DNA from: Laetmonice hystrix | Taxonomy: Eukaryota | DNA length: 64,000 nucleotides | Direction of reading: 5' to 3' | NCBI GenBank assembly: GCA_965235115.1 | Contig: OZ249440.1 | Location: 35,156,001-35,220,000 of the forward strand | Shown: piece after piece, positions 36,379 to 48,846 of the stretch | Layout of the letters: every line of letters begins with the position of its first letter | How positions within the stretch are numbered: the first letter of the stretch is position 1 | Notes under the pieces: generated by a model | Databases searched by the model: none | Seen by the model: the letters and a program-made list of their open reading frames with translations, nothing else | Told to the model about the DNA's origin: nothing | Made by a program: the position numbers and the translations under genes

Positions 36379-39300
36379 TTTAAAGTGGGCCAATGGAGAC
36401 ACCTTGCTTGCCGTGCAGCTGGCCGTTTTTCCACCAGAACAGTTATGTAAGAGAATGTGGCGGCATAATTGGACATTTCATTATCCGTAGCAAGGGGTGT
36501 CACCTTGACAGTAATATACCTCACCTTCCATGTATGTCGGTAAATTACGTAAGTATGAAGTATTGTTGAGCTTTGACACAGAATAACCGCTGTGAGTTTC
36601 CATTTCAATGTCACGTCAGGCAGATATTGACATAGCCGAATAAAGGACTGTCCAAGAGGCCGGAAAAAGATACGTAATATTACACAGATTTAGATATCAT
36701 TTCCCGTATGGAAGTACATTAGAAGATATGTATTTGGGCACTTGCCATCTTAATATTGTAATGACCTTATTTCATGTAAAGCCATCAGAAACATCAGTTG
36801 CAGTGATCTGCAAGGGAGACAGCACTGTCACACTGGTCAGCCATGCCACGAAGTTGTCAGTACCGTCCACATAAAATATGACTAATACTTTTCTATATCA
36901 TACAGCAACATGGGATGAGGAGACTGACATGGCCGCATCATAAGTGGGAAAGAGGACGAAGTATTTTTACTAATATAGAATTACGTAAGTGTCATGTATG
37001 GTTCTGTAATAAAATTCAGTTGTCTGTAGCGTTCACAGCAAATAACACAAATATTGCCCTTTTTCATGCAGGAAGAGCCCTTCACCACACTAAGATAGGC
37101 GAAGAATAGACTGACAAGGAGGCCGGAAAAAGATAAGTATTTTAACCAATATCGAAGTTTCGCTATGTGTCATGTAAACTTATGTGATACAGGCAAAGAG
37201 GATGTGATACAGGCAAAGAGGACGAAGACATATAAGTATTCATACTTATGTCGTACCAACAAATTTTAGGCTAATTTTTCATTACATTATTTGGTAAGAC
37301 ATTTCTGCAAACCTTATTCTTTTTAAACTTCAGTTTGCCTTAAGATTTATTCTTGGGTCATACAGCAATCTAGACAATGTGTTCGAATGACAATGTGTTC
37401 TTTGATAGTGTGGATGGTAGCTTTGATGCCAGAAGTGTTCTAACAATAGTAGCAGGACATCGATAGGGGCACAATTAGATAACCTTAATCCCCCGTGTTT
37501 TAGCCCCTCTTTGATCCAGCGTCTAGCGTCAGTGTGTCCGTCTCACAACTGACTATTCCATCTCCTATGTCTTTGTTCAGTCAACCGTGTTCAGTCATTG
37601 AGTCTGGCACAAGATAGTTTCAGTACCACCAGGCTGCCCACTAATGGCTTGGGCCAATAGCTGGCCAGGATTATTTTGTTCTATTTGATTGGCCGGTTTG
37701 GGACCAGCCATTTTCCTTATATACTCATGTTATGCCTTGAAACTTCACTTGGAATTTTATAATGACACGACAATAAACAACAGCTCACATCAACAAGATT
37801 GTCGTCCTTCTGCTTGACACTCAGTTTTCTGGATGTTGTAAGGTGAGCCAAGTGGCCTTACGATAGAATGACATAACTGACATGTATGGTTCTGTAATAA
37901 CATCTATGTTCAGTCGTCTGTAGCGTTCACAGTAAATTGCACCAATATTGTACTTTTTCATGCACCAAGAGTGGATGACCCGACTAACATAGGGGAATAA
38001 TGGACTGACAAGGAGGACGGAAAAAGATAAGTATTTGATCAAAGATCAGAGTTTTGCTATGTGTCATTTTTAGTTCTGTGATACCTTCAGTGTTAAGACA
38101 TCCGTACAGTCCACCTGTAGTAACGGAAATAACTGCCATTTACAGCTGGAGCCCATCACCACAGTTACATGGCTGAACAACATACTGAAAAGGAGGACGC
38201 AAGAAGATAAGTAATTTTATACACATGGCAGTATCCTTTACAATATCACTTTTAATTTCAGCATATTTTAGAGCAAGTTTCAAATGTATTTGATCATCTC
38301 GCTGTAGTGCTCATATGGCATTAACAAAGGGGCTTTTAATGTGGATGCTTCAGCAGGGCGGAAACTATATATAGACGGCCCTTGTATGGGACTAAAGAGG
38401 GTATTTGTCCGTCGTCCTGCTGTAGAAAGAATAATTTTACAAACCATTGCTGGGACTGAGACAGAAGCAGTGAAGTTATCTGGCTATACAGTTCCGTTAT
38501 GACATCACCATATAGGGAGGTGGACCATATGGGGATGTGGGAGGGGGGGGTTACCATTGACAGGGATTTACATGAAGTACTGACATTTTCAGAGGACAAC
38601 ACGTCAGATGCCGACTAAGAGGAGGCAAGAAATCGCTTAGAGAGGACGGAAAAAGATAAGTGCTATATTCACGAGTAACCGCAAATGCAAGTTTTCCGGG
38701 ACAATAGGATATATGTAACCTGCGTTATTAAGTAAGACCACTACTGTCAATGTTGCTGTAATCTTTGTGTGACCTTTAGTGTCTTGGAGTAGTTGTTTCT
38801 CCTGATCAATTACTGATAATAATGGTGCCTGATAGTGAGACTGTGAATGTTCACCGACAAAGTTAATCTCCTAAGCTACATGTCTATAATGGAATATCGA
38901 AAATCTCTTGACATGGCCATGGAAAGTACGTTTTAATATTAACTGATATTTTCAGACGACAACGGCTAATGTGAATTGTAAGGGGCCGACATGAAGCACC
39001 TGCACAGAAGACGCAAAAAGATAAGTACTACGAGCAACAAGTCTTCCAAGGAATAAGATATATCATTATCCTTCATAAATATTACTGTATGGCTAGTAAT
39101 AACCATATGAATGTGGCGCTACAGTGATGTTCGACATGTCATGTCATCTGTCCCTGTCCTGTCCTGTCGTAGTGGTCCTGATCCATACCCTGTCGTACTG
39201 CTATCACTGCGGCGCTGACTATGGGTGTGTCACGCAAGAAACGGTCATTTGAAACATTTGGGAAAAACATATATTTCTATTTCGCTGCACGTGGCGTTGT

Positions 39301-40431
39301 TCTTTACTCTACAGAAAATCCGAAGATACCATCGGGTTCATGGGAAAATGCCCTACTCTGGCATATTAAATTTGTAAACATAACCTAGATATTTTATAGA
39401 ACGGCGATGTTGTGAAGATAAAAAATCGACCATAAAGTTTGCCGAAACATTACACATACCCTCAGACACCAACTGCATGTGCAAAACTTAGATAAATTCC
39501 TTCAAAATGTTTACCAAAATCAGATGTCAATTTCAACCAGCTTTCCAATGATATAAATTTAAACAGGATCCGTTGAGAAACAAGGTCAAGAGGCCCGAAT
39601 TTCCGATTTTCCGAAAATGCGCTTTTTTTAGGTAAAACGCGTCAAAGAAATACCTACTCTTGACGCCTATGTATGCACAGGCGCGTTTTTGATTCAGCAA
39701 TGCTACATTACCTTTCGAGATAGAAAAATGCATCTGAAATTTCGGTGTCTGTTACAAAGAAGCTCTCTGAAAACTTCATGTTAGTCATGGTTGCTCATGA
39801 CAGCAACCTTGACCTCTCACCCGACCGAGTTATATCTAACTCTATTGGTTAGATTTGACAATCGGAGCATGTGACGTAGCCATCTTGAAATAGTTTCGGA
39901 AGAGTCGGCATCATTGAAAACGAGAACCTGGATTTACCTCTCGGATATCAGTATAATGGAAAACACATTTTGGTAGAGTATGTTGTCTGATGATAAAAGA
40001 TACACCCAGGTAAGTAGTAGCAACATTTTTAAGGGATGTCGACGTCTCAGAGTCCGATGAATCGGAGAGAATTGAAGGTATGTTAACGGCATGCTGTCGC
40101 TACTCTTTCAAAATTATGACCGACTGCCCTGGGTCTAGCTGCATTTTAACAAAATTCGTAATACTTTACGAACTTTCACTGGTGACAAGAGCACGGTATC
40201 TTCAGTTAGCACAAGAGGTGAGTGTTTTTGTAATATTTATATGCTGTCAGTGAAGATTTGGCACATTTGTGGACTTTTTTGTAATCGGCGGGAAAATCAA
40301 AACGTATGACGTCATAGCAGACAACAAGACGAGTGGGCGTTTCCCATTCTGTCAGATCTACGGAGTCTCCCAGCTGCTGAGCCAGTAGGTAGGCTATCAC
40401 CTTGTAATCAGTAACTTTGGAGAGTGTCGGG

Positions 40432-42464
40432 ATGCCGTGCCGGATTTGCGGTAAGCAGGGCTGCAATTCCCGGACACATAAGAACAAGTGTTCTTTCTGT
40501 GGCGAGTTTGGCCATAACGCCAGGGCACATACGGCCCAAGGAAGTGACACGCCGGGTAATGTTGACGGTGCCGTTGGAGGGGAAGAGCCGGCCCACCACG
40601 CCGACTGCCGCACTCGTGGATCCCGGACGGCTATCAGTCAGGCAGAGCTTGATATAGCCACCCGAGTTTTGGTCGGGCTCAAGGATCCCCAAGCATCTAC
40701 TGGAAGCCTTGTTGCTAGGTATGTCTAGTTTGTAAAGTACTAATCTTAAGGTAGTCCGGTGTAATGTTTGTAAATTGTATGAGCTGCTTAGGCAGCTTAA
40801 GCCAAGGCTAAGGCCTAAGCCTCAGTTAGCAGATTAGGCAAGATAAAAATAATGAAACTTTTAGCATCCACATCTTAAAATTCTTCCAGGTCAGGGGGGG
40901 ATTTTTTTTTAATTCTGTGAATGAAGTGGTGGGGTGGCTGAAATTGGCATTGGTATTCATTATTTCATGGTCAGAAGGCAAGGTAGTCCTGAACAAGTGT
41001 TTTTTTTCAGTACCGTAACGGCGTAAGTAACTGGTAACCTGGGAGTGGACCAAGCAATAGTAGAACACTGACTATCCCAAACCTTGTGTCCACAAGCCTG
41101 AAATTCTGGTAGCTCAGAGAGAAAAACTGTTGGATTAAACATTGAATTTTCTAAAGAGATATATCTGGCACCAGTCCACCAGACACAGAACATTTAGCCC
41201 TCAGTAGACACCAGTAGCTCTAACTGGAGAATTCAGTAGCCTTGGGAGTAGAATTCAGTAGCCTTATCGAAAGTCAACTGGGAAGATACAAAAGACCATA
41301 GAAACTTTCAAGCTAGCAAGAAAACATACGTTTTTCAGATCAGGCAAGGATGCTTTAAGTAGTAATTTCTGTTTCATGTGGCCATATGTCTACATATATG
41401 AGGTGACAGTATTCACTAATTCAGTAAATAATTAGTAAGTATGTATAGGGCATGCAACTTGCAAGTCTCACGTCCTTGACCTGTAAATGACTAGAAATAG
41501 CCTCAAAAGGCGTCACTTTGGTCCCGAAATGAATTTACGTCACAATTTCTACATTGGTTTAACATAGGATGAGAAAACACACTTTCACGCATCGACCAGA
41601 TTTTTGTCAGTTTTGATATGTATGTATCTAAGATATGAAAATGCATTCTTTCATAAGGAAGGCACAAAATAATCCAGAAAATTTGACTAGCAAAATAAAA
41701 GATTGATTCGCAAATAGTACTAAATTATACTGAACATTTTGGAAAATGATTAGCAAAATGCATCAGTTGTGTAGCAAAATTACGATGCGAAACAGGTTAT
41801 TTTGCTGCTTGAATTAAGTAAAACAGGTTGGTGCTCTTGTTCTGTAAGTTGTAAGAATGAAAGCACCCTAACCATGAAATAATAATATTTAAAAGTTGAA
41901 AGTCGCAACGATAAAGTGACGAGATTATGACACGTTAGGACCAAAGCCGGAGGTTCTCTGGTCATGTTTTCTTTTGACCCACTTGCATACCCTATAGCTT
42001 ACTATGCCCATGGAAAATGTTATGGCATGGTACTTTGGCCTAATCCCCACCTATCCAAAGGTTGGAAGTCCTGTAAAGGCATACAAGTAGGCTGCTCTGT
42101 AATAAGCTAAAGAGTTGTCCACATACAAAAATATAAGGTGAGTTTACATGAAAAGTTTTTCTCTTCTATAACAGAGCAGCACATCTGACTGGCCTGGGGA
42201 AAACAACCCTGCAACACTGCAAGAATGCCCTTGCAGAAGGGAAGTGGCCGGAAGCCAGTCATGACTGTAGGGGGCAGTGGCGGCGCTCCACAGAGCTGCA
42301 GAGCCGGAAAGTGGTCTCAAAAGTAGGTTCAAACATTTAGGCATATAAATAGATAGGTACAGTTAATTTGTTTTTGTCTGAAAATGAAACTGTGACAAAA
42401 TGGCAAAGCACAGCAAAATTGAATTGTCAAGGAAAATGGTTAAATTATTATTACTATAACATGT

Positions 42465-42496
<32 letters not shown>

Positions 42497-44716
42497 TTAT
42501 TTCAGATACATGATCACATTTCCAAAATGCACAGAAGTGGCATCTTTCCCACAGTGAAGTCATTGCGGCACCGTCTTGATTTTCACGATGGCATTCAGAT
42601 GTCAAGAAGTCTACTTTCTAAACTTCTCCATCAAGTAAGAGTTATTATTAGACATCTCTGTGATGTTCAACGATATTAAAAACAATAAAGAATAATTACA
42701 TTTACATCATAGATTTTATATCATTTAGATAGATTGTATACCAAATAATGGGGGGAGAGGGATTATGGCTTTTCTTTCTCAGCAAATTAAACCATCTTTT
42801 TCCCCCTTAACGATCCTAACAAAATATTTTTTCATCACAAAAGTATTTTTTCATCACCTTATTAAAATTACCGGTGTTTACAAAGTTCTCCTAAGCAGTA
42901 CTTTTTATAAATACTGTTTTTCTAGATTGGCTACACGTACCACCAGCCAGGACCCTCCCAAATCTTGCTGGTGCGAGAGAGTCCTGCCCTGAAGGCCTTG
43001 CGGTATGACTACCTGAAGACAGTGACTGAAGCCAGATCGTCTGGCTGTGTTGTTGTCTACGTAGACGAGTCCTACGTCAACAAGTCCCACACAGCTAGAC
43101 GGTGCTGGCTTCATAAAGGCTCCCAGGTATACTAACTTTTTTAATTTTTTTTTTAAATTTTTCTCGCTGTTAGCGTGATGGCAGAGCTCAATGATCAATC
43201 TTCTTAACCCAGTATCTTCTTGCTCCTTACATTTCAAGTATCTTGTATTCCAAAAGTAATTACATTAAACCAAGTACCTTGGAATGCTTTTTTTTTGTTG
43301 TGTTAGAAATAAAATTTCCTGGAATTTGCTTTTTCTTTTTCTTTTTTTTTTGCTGCATAATTGTAGCTTCTTGTCACACTGATGTTCTTGGGCTATAATA
43401 AGAATCCTGATAACATTCATTTATTTTAAATATGAAAAGAAGAAATCATCAAAATAATCAAAGTAATCTTTTAAAGTATACAATAGAATCAGAAATTCCT
43501 ATCTGATATGAATTGTCATGGGAAAAAAATCTGTATTTTCTAGATCTACATCCCTAGTGGCAAGGGCCCACGATACATCTTGGTAGGCGCAGGAAGCTGC
43601 AATGGGTGGTTGTTCCATAAAGTTTTCCGAAGCAACACATCATCAACGGATTACCATGCTGCCATGAATGCTGATCATTTTGAGGTGATTCTCCGTTATT
43701 TTCCTCTGTCCGTTCACCCATCGGCTAGAAATCTTGGGAGAAATCTAAATAGATGATGTTTATTAAAATTCTTTTAATGTGGCTACACCACTTCCACTTT
43801 TTTTGAGGCAGTATCTCCAAGATAATCTTTTTAATGTAAGGAAATACATCCTTAAAATCATGCCCGTACTATGTTAAATCATTTGCCTGACCATTCTAAA
43901 CTATGTTAAATCATTGGTATGTTTCAGGAATTGTTCACCACCATGTGTCAAGTTGCAGCAGAGCAGCTGGGCCGTTGTGTCTTTCTTCTAGACAATGCGG
44001 CCTACCACAAGCGTGCTTCGGATGAAAGGCAGCGACTTGGCTACTGGACCAGCTTGCCCTCAGAAGCGGTAAAGTCGGCATGGCAGGAAGGCAGCGTTCC
44101 TGGACAAGAGCTCCACAGTGGAACCCCTCCCCGTACGAAGAAGGCCGTGGTGCAGTTTCTGCGAGACCATCCCCCGAGGTGCACCCCGAAGGTCCAGGAG
44201 CTGGCAGCCAAGCATGGCCACGAGGTGGTTTTTCTACCTCCATATCGTCCAGAGCTCAATGCTATTGAGCAGGCCTGGGCTGTCACCAAGAACTTTGTTG
44301 CTCGCAACAACAGTCCCTTGGTGACATTTGCTGACCTGCTTGGTGTCATTGAGCGTGGCTTTCTGGAGGTGACAATCACCACGTGGTCATCGCTGGATCA
44401 GAAGGTGAAGAGGACGGAGGAACACCAGCTGTCTGTCCTGACTGAAGAGCGGGAGCGCCAGGAAGCCTTCAGGCAAGAACATCCAGATCTGGCCTTCAGT
44501 GTTGGGGCAGACTCATCCTCTTCATCTTCTGAGGACAGCTCAGACAGCGGAGCTGGTAGTGAGGATGGGGAGGAGGAGATTCTGCAGCATCTCACTGACG
44601 GTTTAGATGGCAGTGATGCTGTGAGGAGGACAGTTCCAGAACCTCCCCTCCCCTCCGAACGGACTGAGGAGGACTTGGAAGCAGCAACTGCACTGCTGAA
44701 CTTCATGGAGGAGTGA
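40432..44716 (+). CDS. Six-exon DD91E transposase, ~564 aa (exons 40432-40718, 42175-42322, 42506-42634, 42926-43126, 43544-43684, 43928-44716)
   Basis: All five introns GT-AG and phases compatible; two N-terminal knuckle-like motifs, HTH-like AAHLTGLGKTTLQH and FPTVKSL...MSRSLLSKLLHQIGY, VYVDESYVN, PSGKGPRYIL, DYHAAMN, LLDNAAYH, FLPPYRPELNAIEQAW; acidic tail. Confidence 0.88.
42466..42496. repeat. (TAT)n microsatellite in transposase intron 2
   Basis: About 10 TAT units. Confidence 0.9.
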
Positions 44717-47137
44717 ACTTTGGTCACCCTTGGCCACGCACCCTAGGTCCACCACTCCTCGTCAGGACCCTCCATAGACCCAACGGCCCTTGTTAGGGCC
44801 CCCGTACTTTTGGTCCTTTCCAGGACCCCCACATCCTTCGAAAGATCGATAGTGCTGTTATCTCTTTTTTTCAGAAAAAAGTGTTACTGTTCCATATTAT
44901 TTATCATACTTTTTTCTTTCGCACTTTTTATTTACAGAAATATACTGTGAACCATGATGTTTATGTAACATTTAAATATGATTATGTTATATAGGGTGTC
45001 CCAGAAAACCTTAGAATTCCAAAATTTTGGAACACTAAATCGTAAAATTTTCCAGTAGCTGCACTTGCAAACTATTTCAAATATAATCTGGATCAACGAA
45101 CGAAAATTGATGATAGTCACCAAATTCCCCACCAAAGATCTAAAAAAAAAATCATTTCCCCCCCCCCCCTCCCCAGAATGTTGAGTCACTAAATGAATTG
45201 AGGTCACTTCCCAACGGATTTGCGTGAGCCCTACATATTTGTATCATTGAACGTAAGAATGGTAAATAATCCTTGTAATCCATATTACAACTTATAGTCG
45301 TATACACTTCATGAAAGGTCTAGAAATATTCCTTTAAAATTCCTTTATTTTTCTGAAAAAAGAAGAAAAAATCCTTTAAATTCCTTTGTTTTTGTTTTTT
45401 TGGGGTGGGGTGGGGGTGGGGGTGGGAGGGTGGTATGATGACTGTAATGAACATCTTTGGATGTATGTGAAATTGTTTGATCACTTCTTCCAGTGATGAG
45501 CTATTCTATTTACAGTCTGTTCGCTCTAAGAAGAGCTTGACTTCGGCCTCATTATTAAGCTGTGACCTGCCCCCCTCCTCCCGTCTACCCACAGCTGGCG
45601 TATCACAAGTCGTCACCGCCTGTCACTCAAGAATGGCACCAAACTCCATGTGGTTCTGTATTACCCCAAATGGAGTGCTCACCACAGCTTTACATCCTCC
45701 CGCGGGCAGCCGTTACGGCCCGCGGCCTGTTATTGGACCCGCTGGAGGAGTGGGGCGGGAGGGTCATGAATATGCCCGAGCTCTTCTTAGAGCGAACAGA
45801 CTATAGTCGGGACTTTGAAAGTTGCATGTACAGAGCCCAACTTGCCCACCGAAAGGAGATTCAGCTGTACCATATCGATCACCACTATTTTCAATATTCA
45901 CACAAAAATAGTCTATACTCTTTGTACCAATTAACTATGAACTTTTTTGATAAAAATATAAAAAAAGGGGGGGGGGCAGCGGCTGACGTACACAAATTGA
46001 TTAACCTAGCTGATCTAATATACAATGATTGATAAAACTGTTATAAGGCTGGTCTGACTATGCTGGCATAATGCTGCCTCACTAAGTCAGCTTCTTTCAC
46101 TTTGACCAATGTGTCTGTCATAATCTGTCTCTCAATAATCAAACATAAAAATGACAAATGAAGACATTGAAGATTGCAGCCCAGAGAGAAAGGGGAAGAT
46201 AGAAAAAATGTAATCTGTAGTGATGTGTAGGTCACAGTAGCTGATCAGCTGGTTACACTTTATGCTGCACTAACGTTGGCATAAACTTTGAATGGATAAC
46301 GGGTATCTGGCTTGATGTTGCTCTCTGCGTCAGGTGCTGCCCTCTTGTGTTTCATGAAAGTCTCTATTACTCACCGTCATGTGCTGCCCTCTGTAGGCCT
46401 AAATGCCACGAACAAGATACCCCCAAAGCTCAACTGGACTTTGAATGCCGGTGGGATATTTACATAAAATTAAAACTTATTCTATTATATTAACTCGATG
46501 AGTCAATACATCGACAGTCGGCATAATCGTCTTCACTACTAACCGTTGTCACATCACTGCCTCATCATGTGATAGTAGGACTGACAGCTAATGGGCGATA
46601 ATAGGGGAAACGAGCGCTTCGAAAAGTAAATAGACGTACAATTCTGAATAAAAAGCACTCTTTCTGGGAAAAAGCAGGATAAATGACTTTATTCTGCATC
46701 CTAAAATTGGTAACCGTTGTTTTTTCCTATTTCTACACAATTTCCTGCTTTCTAGGACAAACTATCCATATGACCGTTTCTTGGGTGACACACCTATAAT
46801 AATGTTCCTCCTTTCAGACGGACATTATATCCCGGATTTGTCAATGACGGGAACGTGAAAAGATAAGTTATGCAGAACTGTACTGTACTCTCATGTATGA
46901 AGTGCCTTTACTGTAATTTAATAACGACATCTGCAACGTTGAAATATGCCTGGAATCACCTATGTAGATCATGTGTGTGATGTGCACGGATGGTCTATCC
47001 CGCAGTTGCTGAGGACTCCCCTCGGGTCGCCTCAGCAACTGAAAATACAGTATATAAACCCCATGATATTGAAGGTATTGGGCTTTGACGAGGTATGTGC
47101 CGGGCCGCCTGGCGGCCCCTTTGGCACACACCTCAGA

Positions 47138-48846
47138 CCAAATCTAAAACGGTCTGCATGCACTTTTGCAAGCTGCGTGCCTTCCATCTTGACCCCGAGT
47201 TGACAATGGATGGAGATCCTGTCAAAGTTGTTAAAGAGACAAAGTTTCTAGGTCTCACTTTTGACAGCAAGCTGTCTTTTATTCCTCACATTAAATCGCT
47301 CAAATCCAGATGCCTTAAGGCTCTGGATGTTCTCAAGGTTTTATCTGGCACAAACTGGGGGGCAGACAGTACAGTCCTTTTACAACTGTACAGAGCTTTA
47401 ATCCGGTCGAAGCTCGATTACGGCAGCATAGTTTACGGTTCTGCTTGTAAGTCTTACATACGGCTTTTGGACACGGTTCACCACCAGGGTTTGTGGCTTT
47501 CACTTGGGGCTTTTAGAACGTCTCCTGTTCAGAGCCTCTATGTGGAGGCCAGAGAGCCCTCGCTTTACAACAGGCGTCTGAAGCTGGTTCTGCAGTATGT
47601 AGTCAAGCTCAGGACAAACAGTTCAAATCCAGCTTACAATTGCGTTTTTCACCCTCAGTTCCAACATTTATATGAAAGAAAGGAAACGTGCATACGTCCT
47701 TTTGGACTGAGGGTGAAACCTCATCTAGAGGAACTGGATGCTGATCTGAACGTCCTGGGGCAGACACACTTTTGCAATATCCCTCCTTGGGACCTAGAAA
47801 AGCCTGATGTCATCCTTCAGTTGGCTCAACTGAAGAAATCGGAGACTCATCCCCTGACGTATTTTGACCATTTCCTTGACGTCCAGGCAAGGTATCCGTC
47901 TCATTATGCCTTCTATACTGATGGCTCAAAGGATGGCAGTGATGTGTCTGCGGCAGCAGTTCATGGCAAGCACAACTTCGGCACCCGCATCTCAGGGCAA
48001 AGTTCCATCTTCTCAGCAGAGGCCCGGGCCCTGCTTCTTGCCCTTCAAAATATTGAAGTTTCTGGCAAAAAGGACTTCCTCATTTTCTCGGATTCCTTAT
48101 CCTGTCTGCAAGCACTTGCTAAGTTGAACACAGATCACCCAGTGATCGTCCAAATCTTGTCCAAGTTGGCAGTGCTTGCCAATGCAAACTTTGATATTCA
48201 CTTTTGCTGGGTGCCCGGCCATGTTGGCATACCGGGCAATGAGCAAGCCGACAGAACTGCCAAGAGAGCGCTTGAAACACACGTCGAATTGTGTCCAATC
48301 CCAGCCTCTGACCTCAGACCTACCATCTGGGCTTATGTTAAAAACAAATGGCAGGCCGAATGGGATGAACAACCAAACAATAAGTTGTATCAGATCAGTC
48401 CCATGGTGAACCAAAGGTGTCTTCATGGCCTAACCCAACGTAGGCATGAAATTGTTTTTACTCGATGCAGAGTTGGTCATTCTAGATTAACCCGTGTGTT
48501 TTTATTGAAGGGGGAGCCACCTCCAAAATGTTATGGCTGTCAGTGTCCTTTGACACTGAAGCATCTTTTACTCGAATGTGGCGATTTTACTGTCATCAGA
48601 CAAAGGTTTTATAATGAGACGAGTCTTAAGGATCTTTTTAGCAATGTCAGACCGGGAGTGGTTTTGGAGTTCTTGTCAGAGGCTGGACTTCTGAATCTTT
48701 TATAGATGTGTTTTGGTGGTGTTCCCGTTGGGACCCGGGATAAAATAGGTTCCTTTGGTTTTATGGTCTTATAACTCTGTTTTCGCCGTGAATATGGCCC
48801 CTGATGCCGACACGGCGCAAAACCACCACTACTCACTCACTCACTC
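47138..48846 (+). mobile_element. 5'-truncated LINE copy (RT C-terminus, RNase H, type-A UTR, tail)
   Basis: Open frame to 48705 near-identical to ORF2; (ACTC)n tail. Confidence 0.95.

Larger units (their letters stand above)
39222..46796 (+). mobile_element. IS630/Tc1/mariner DNA transposon (Sailor-like), 7.6 kb, 27-bp TIRs, TA TSD
   Basis: TA-TGGGTGTGTCACGCAAGAAACGGTCAT (39222-39248) versus ATGACCGTTTCTTGGGTGACACACCTA-TA (46770-46796), 25/27 match; encloses transposase gene; host array resumes immediately after. Confidence 0.85.
34590..46870 (+). repeat. Dispersed degenerate array of cassettes ending in (GAGGACGGAAA)AAG-ATAAGT
   Basis: AT of the motif at 34605, 35165, 35529, 36670 (ATACGT), 37133, 38027, 38207, 38656, 39021, 46863; all on + strand; array interrupted by the 39222-46796 transposon. 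Confidence 0.85.

Noticed and set aside
37378..37823. Possible solo LTR (TG start, TATA-like, AATAAA, CA end)
   Set aside because: No TSD or second copy found, so boundaries are not supportable
35472..39020. Protein-coding exon array encoding RGRKK (AT-hook-like) peptides
   Set aside because: Lengths and frames inconsistent, with in-frame stops in several cassettes; at best a decayed coding array
34590..39030. CRISPR-like repeat-spacer interpretation of the ATAAGT array
   Set aside because: Spacing irregular (hundreds of bp), repeats short and degenerate, no cas genes, eukaryotic context
35165..39030. U12-type (minor spliceosome) introns at the AT donors
   Set aside because: No ATATCCTT donor or TTCCTTAAC branch consensus; motif is U2-like ATAAGT
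41446..41994. hAT-like MITE TAGGGCATGCAA...TTGCATACCCTA in transposase intron 1
   Set aside because: 12-bp TIR match but no 8-bp TSD; left uncalled
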